DNA of 64,000 nucleotides from Macrostomum lignano (Eukaryota): NCBI GenBank assembly GCA_002269645.1, contig NIVC01000033.1, positions 51,335 to 115,334 of the forward strand, read 5' to 3'. Shown piece by piece: positions 58,979 to 64,000 of this stretch (position 1 is its first letter; each line of letters starts with the position of its first letter). The notes under the pieces were generated by a model. It saw only the letters and a program-made list of their open reading frames with translations, ran no database searches and was not told where the DNA came from. The position numbers and the translations under genes were made by a program.

Positions 58979-61900
58979 CCATCGCGGCGGCCGGCAACCT
59001 GCTGCTCATCCCCGACGTCCCATCCGGCCGGCGGTTCCTGGTGGACACAGGCGCCGAGGTAAGCATTTTCCCAGCCTCTGCAGATGATGCCCGCGCCCGT
59101 TCACCTGGCCCGCCGCTGTTCGCCGCGAACGGCACCCGCATCCGAACCTTCGGCGGCCGCAGCATCACACTGGACGTCGGCCTGAAGACCTGCACCTGGC
59201 CATTCGTGTTGGCTGAGGTCTCCCGGCCGTTGATCGGCGCCGACTTCCTGCGCCACCACGGCCTGCTGGTGGACCTGCCCAACCGCCGCCTTCTGGACGC
59301 CGCCTCCCTGGCCAGTGTGCAATTGCTGGCTGGCTCCGGTTCTGCGCCTCAGCTCGCCGCCGCGGTTGCCAGGGACCCGTACAGCCGGTTGCTGGCGGAG
59401 TTCCCCAGCATCACGGAGCCCAGTTTCAGCAAAGCCACGCCGCGGCACGGCGTGGAGCACTACATCCCGACGACGGGCCCGCCGGTGCACGCTAGAGCGC
59501 GCCGCCTGCCGCCCGACAAGCTGGCCGCGGCCAAGGAAGAGTTTCGCAACCTGGAGCAGCTCGGCATTGTGCGGCGGTCCAGCAGCCCCTGGTCCTCGCC
59601 GCTGCACATGGTGCCCAAGACTTCCGGCGGTTGGCGGCCCTGCGGCGATTTCCGGCGGCTCAATGACGCCACGGTGCCCGACCGCTACCCCGTGCCGCAT
59701 ATCCAGGATTTCTCAGCGCGCCTGAGCGGCTGCACAGTGTTCTCGAAGATCGACCTGGTGCGGGGCTACCACCAGATCCCGGTCGCGCAAACGGACATCC
59801 CGAAGACCGCCGTCATTACACCGTTTGGGTTGTTTGAGTTCCTCCGCATGCCGTTCGGGTTGAAAAATGCGGCACAGGCCTTCCAGCGGTTAGTAGATTC
59901 TATCTGCCAGGACCTGCCGGCCGTCTTCGCGTACATCGACGATTTCCTGGTCGCCAGCAGCAGCCCCGAGCAGCACGAGGAGCACCTGCGGAAGCTGTTC
60001 CAGCGCCTCGCCGACAACGGCCTGTTGCTCAACCCAGCCAAGTGCCAGTTTGGCCGCAGCGAGATCGATTTCCTCGGCCACAGGATCAGCGCTGCGGGCG
60101 CCATGCCGCTGCCGGACAAGGTCGACGCAGTCGCCAGGTTCGCGCCGCCCACGACGGTGAAGGGTCTCCAGGAGTTTGCCGGCATGGTGAACTTCTATCA
60201 CCGCTTCGTGCCCCGCGCAGCCCGGTTGCTGCGCCCGATCTACCAGGCCATGGCCGGCAAGGAGAAGCTGGTGCGGTGGACGCCGGAGCTGACCGAGGCC
60301 TTCGACAAGACCAAGCAGGCGCTGGCCGACGCGACCATGCTGGCGCACCCCAGGCCCGACGCGCCGCTGGCCCTCACCGTAGATGCTTCTGACACCGCCG
60401 TGGGCGCCGTCCTCGAGCAGCGTGTCGGCCCCGCCTGGCAGCCGCTCGCATTCTTCAGCCGGCAGTTGCGACCTGCGGAGGTAAAGTACAGTGCCTTCGA
60501 CTGCGAGCTCCTGGCACTGTACCTAGCGGTCCGCCACTTCCGTTACCTCCTTGAGGGGCGCCACTTCACAGCCTACACGGACCACAAGCCGTTGGCCGCC
60601 GCCATGGCCAAGCTGTCCGACCCGTGGTCCGCTCGGCAGCAGCGGCACCTGGCGTACGTGAGCGAATTCACCACGGACGTCCAGCACATCGCCGGCAAAA
60701 ACAATCCGGTGGCCGACGCGCTGTCCCGCTGCACCGTGGCCAGCGTGCTACCCGGCATCGATTTTGCAGCGATGTCGCAGGCCCAGCATGCCCCGACCGA
60801 GTTGCCGCCGCCCGGCTCCGGCCTCCGACTGGAGCGCGTGAACCTCCGCCCAGGCCTGGAGCTGCTCTGCGACGTCTCCACCGGCCATCCCCGCCCGCTG
60901 GTGCCGACCGAATTTCGACGGCCGGTGTTCGACGCCATCCACGGCCTTGCGCACCCATCAATCCGCAGCTCCCGCCGCCTCGTTGCAGACCGTTTCGTCT
61001 GGCCCGGCCTCAACCGCGACGTCGGCCGTTGGGCTCGCAGCTGCCTCGCCTGCCAGACGACTAAGGTCCAGCAGCATGTTGTCAGCCCGCCAGACAGCAT
61101 CCCGGTGCCCCGCGACCGCTTCGCGCACGTGCACATCGACCTGGTGGGCCCGCTTCCGCACTCTCAAGGGTGCTCGCACCTGCTGACCGTTGTCGACCGG
61201 TTCACGCGTTGGCCGGAAGCAATTCCGCTGGCAGACACGTCCGCCGCTACCTGTGCGGCCGCATTCATCGCGCACTGGATTGCCCGTTTCGGTGTGCCAA
61301 GCGACCTCACGTCAGACCGCGGCCCGCAGTTCACCTCGGAGCTGTGGTCCAACGTGTCCCGCTTGCTTGGCACGCAGCTGCACCAGACGACGGCCTTCCA
61401 CCCACAGGCCAACGGGCTTGTGGAGCGGTTCCACCGGCAGCTCAAGGCTTCCCTGATGGCGCGGCTGACGGGGCCGTCCTGGACTGCCGAGCTGCCCTGG
61501 GTGTTGCTCGGCATCCGCACCGCTCCCAAGGAGGATCTCGGCACGTCATCGGCGGAGTTGGTGTACGGAGTCCCACTGGCGGTGCCGGGCGAGTGTCTGC
61601 AGACCAGCTCGCCTACGGGCCATGACGGGTTCCTCGCGCGCCTGCGCCAGGCCGTGCAGGCTTTCCGCCCGCCACCGACCTCCCAGCATGGCCGCCGCCC
61701 CACCGCCCTGCCTGCTGTCTTGGACACCTGCACGCACGTCTTCGTCCGCCGCGACGGGCACCGACCGGCGCTGCAACCGCCTTATCTAGGTCCCTTCAAA
61801 GTGCTGGAGCGCGGCGCTAAGGCTTTCCTCCTCGACCTCGTCACTAGGCGGGACTTCGTGTCGGTGGACCGGCTCAAGCCAGCGGCGCTTGACCCTGCGA

Positions 61901-62106
61901 GCCCGGTTTCGACGCCTCAAATTCGGCCAAGGGGGCGCCCACCGCGTGAGCCCACCGTCCCGGGCGCCGCGACGGCCGAACCGCTGCGCCGCCGCCCGCC
62001 GCGGCGCCGCCAGCCACGCCGCCGTTGCCGTCGAGTACCGGAGGCCACCGCTGGGGGGGAGCCGTGTGGCGGACAAGTGCAAGCACACCTGAAGACGGCC
62101 GTTTAG
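58952..62106 (+). CDS. pol: Gypsy pol (PR-RT-RNaseH-IN), in the -1 frame relative to gag
   Basis: [38 protein letters not shown] and D-D-E integrase, GPF motif. Confidence 0.96.
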
Positions 62107-64000
62107 ATGCCCTCGCGCTCCCTGCTCATCACGCCGCGTCTATGCGCCACCAACCCCGGAGATTAGGGGTGGGGGTTCGCCCACCCAGCCTGAGCTACGT
62201 GGGGGTTGGGGTTGACTGACTAACTAGCGCGTTGGCCTATTTAACCTGATTGTGCGCAGACGCTTGTAAGAACCTTTTGCTCTCCGCAAATACAATTTCA
62301 AGTCTGCACGCAGTAGCTACTGCCCGCTTCATTGGTGAGCCCGACAACCCGCCATTTCGTCTAACACATGGCGCCACCCACTGAGTCAACTGTTGCACTC
62401 AAGCTGCCCACGTTTTGGGCCATGCAGCCACGCGCGTGGTTCATCCAGGCAGAGGCCCAGTTCCAGCTGCGCGGCATCACCCAGGACGACACCAAGTATC
62501 ACCACTTGGTCGCCTCGCTTGATCAACAAACCGCCGAGCGCCTGCTGGACGTTCTGGAAAGCCCTCCGAGCGAGGACAAATACGGCAAACTGAAAGGGCG
62601 CCTGCTCGGCACTTTCAGTCTCACCCGGCAGCAGCGAGCTAGCCGTTTGCTCAGCATGTCCGGCCTGGGAGATCGCCGGCCGTCCGAGATGATGGACGAG
62701 ATGCTGGCCCTGCTTGGTGATCACCGGCCTTGCCTGCTCTTTGAGGAGCTGTTCCGCCAGCAGCTGCCCGTGGACATCCGGATGGCGCTCGCATCCGCCG
62801 ACTTCGAAGACCCCCGGGCAGTCGCGCAGCTCGCCGACCAGCTCTGGGCCAGCCGGCCCCAGCCAGTGGCCGCTTCCGCCCAGTTGGCAGGTCCGCCGGA
62901 GGTTTGCGCTGCGCGTCAGGCTGCGCGTCCCCGCACCACGTCGCCCCGGCCTGGGCACCGCGGCACCCGCGCCCAGGAGCTGTGCTACTTCCACCGCAAG
63001 TTCGGCGCGAAGGCTAGGCAATGCGAGCAGCCCTGCAGCTTTCCGGGAAACGGGCCGGCCGGCCGCCAGTGACCATCGCGGCGGCCGGCAACCTGCTGCT
63101 CATCCCCGACGTCCCATCCGGCCGGCGGTTCCTGGTGGACACAGGCGCCGAGGTAAGCATTTTCCCAGCCTCTGCAGATGATGCCCGCGCCCGTTCACCT
63201 GGCCCGCCGCTGTTCGCCGCGAACGGCACCCGCATCCGAACCTTCGGCGGCCGCAGCATCACACTGGACGTCGGCCTGAAGACCTGCACCTGGCCATTCG
63301 TGTTGGCTGAGGTCTCCCGGCCGTTGATCGGCGCCGACTTCCTGCGCCACCACGGCCTGCTGGTGGACCTGCCCAACCGCCGCCTTCTGGACGCCGCCTC
63401 CCTGGCCAGTGTGCAATTGCTGGCTGGCTCCGGTTCTGCGCCTCAGCTCGCCGCCGCGGTTGCCAGGGACCCGTACAGCCGGTTGCTGGCGGAGTTCCCC
63501 AGCATCACGGAGCCCAGTTTCAGCAAAGCCACGCCGCGGCACGGCGTGGAGCACTACATCCCGACGACGGGCCCGCCGGTGCACGCTAGAGCGCGCCGCC
63601 TGCCGCCCGACAAGCTGGCCGCGGCCAAGGAAGAGTTTCGCAACCTGGAGCAGCTCGGCATTGTGCGGCGGTCCAGCAGCCCCTGGTCCTCGCCGCTGCA
63701 CATGGTGCCCAAGACTTCCGGCGGTTGGCGGCCCTGCGGCGATTTCCGGCGGCTCAATGACGCCACGGTGCCCGACCGCTACCCCGTGCCGCATATCCAG
63801 GATTTCTCAGCGCGCCTGAGCGGCTGCACAGTGTTCTCGAAGATCGACCTGGTGCGGGGCTACCACCAGATCCCGGTCGCGCAAACGGACATCCCGAAGA
63901 CCGCCGTCATTACACCGTTTGGGTTGTTTGAGTTCCTCCGCATGCCGTTCGGGTTGAAAAATGCGGCACAGGCCTTCCAGCGGTTAGTAGATTCTATCTG
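62065..64000 (+). mobile_element. Gypsy unit 2, sharing the central LTR (gag 62368-63072; pol runs off the window)
   Basis: The sequence repeats unit 1 at a 4094-bp offset with no differences seen by eye. Confidence 0.95.

Larger units (their letters stand above)
57971..62331 (+). mobile_element. Gypsy/Ty3 LTR retrotransposon, unit 1 (267-bp LTRs 57971-58237 and 62065-62331)
   Basis: TG...CA LTRs, PBS-like tggtgagccc, PPT ctgggggggagccg, gag and pol. Inserted antisense in a Rab2 intron. Confidence 0.97.

Overview
Intron-rich eukaryotic genomic DNA. GC-rich exons sit in AT-rich introns packed with 4-94 bp tandem repeats. The style suggests a free-living flatworm such as Macrostomum, which is an inference and not a database result. 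Host genes rebuilt by hand from GT-AG junctions and reading phase: two tandem nicotinic acetylcholine receptor alpha-type genes (+; one 3' half, one complete), a 10-11 exon PLP-dependent class-V aminotransferase/cysteine desulfurase-like gene (-), an abLIM/UNC-115-like gene (-), a cluster of secreted proteins sharing an unrecognised ~185-aa basic domain (one plain copy, one fused to two WSC domains, one pseudogene; all -), an orphan class-A GPCR (-), DNMT2/TRDMT1 (-) and the last exon of Rab2 (-). Mobile DNA: a full-length LOA/R1-group LINE with RNase H and a 13-bp TSD, a tandem Gypsy LTR retrotransposon sharing a central LTR, an internally deleted Tc1, a Crypton-like relic, a tRNA-headed SINE family and a TSD-flanked insertion carrying a minimal hammerhead ribozyme motif. 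The most interesting signals are the secreted novel-domain/WSC cluster and a 30-bp in-frame minisatellite built from DNMT2's own splice acceptor.
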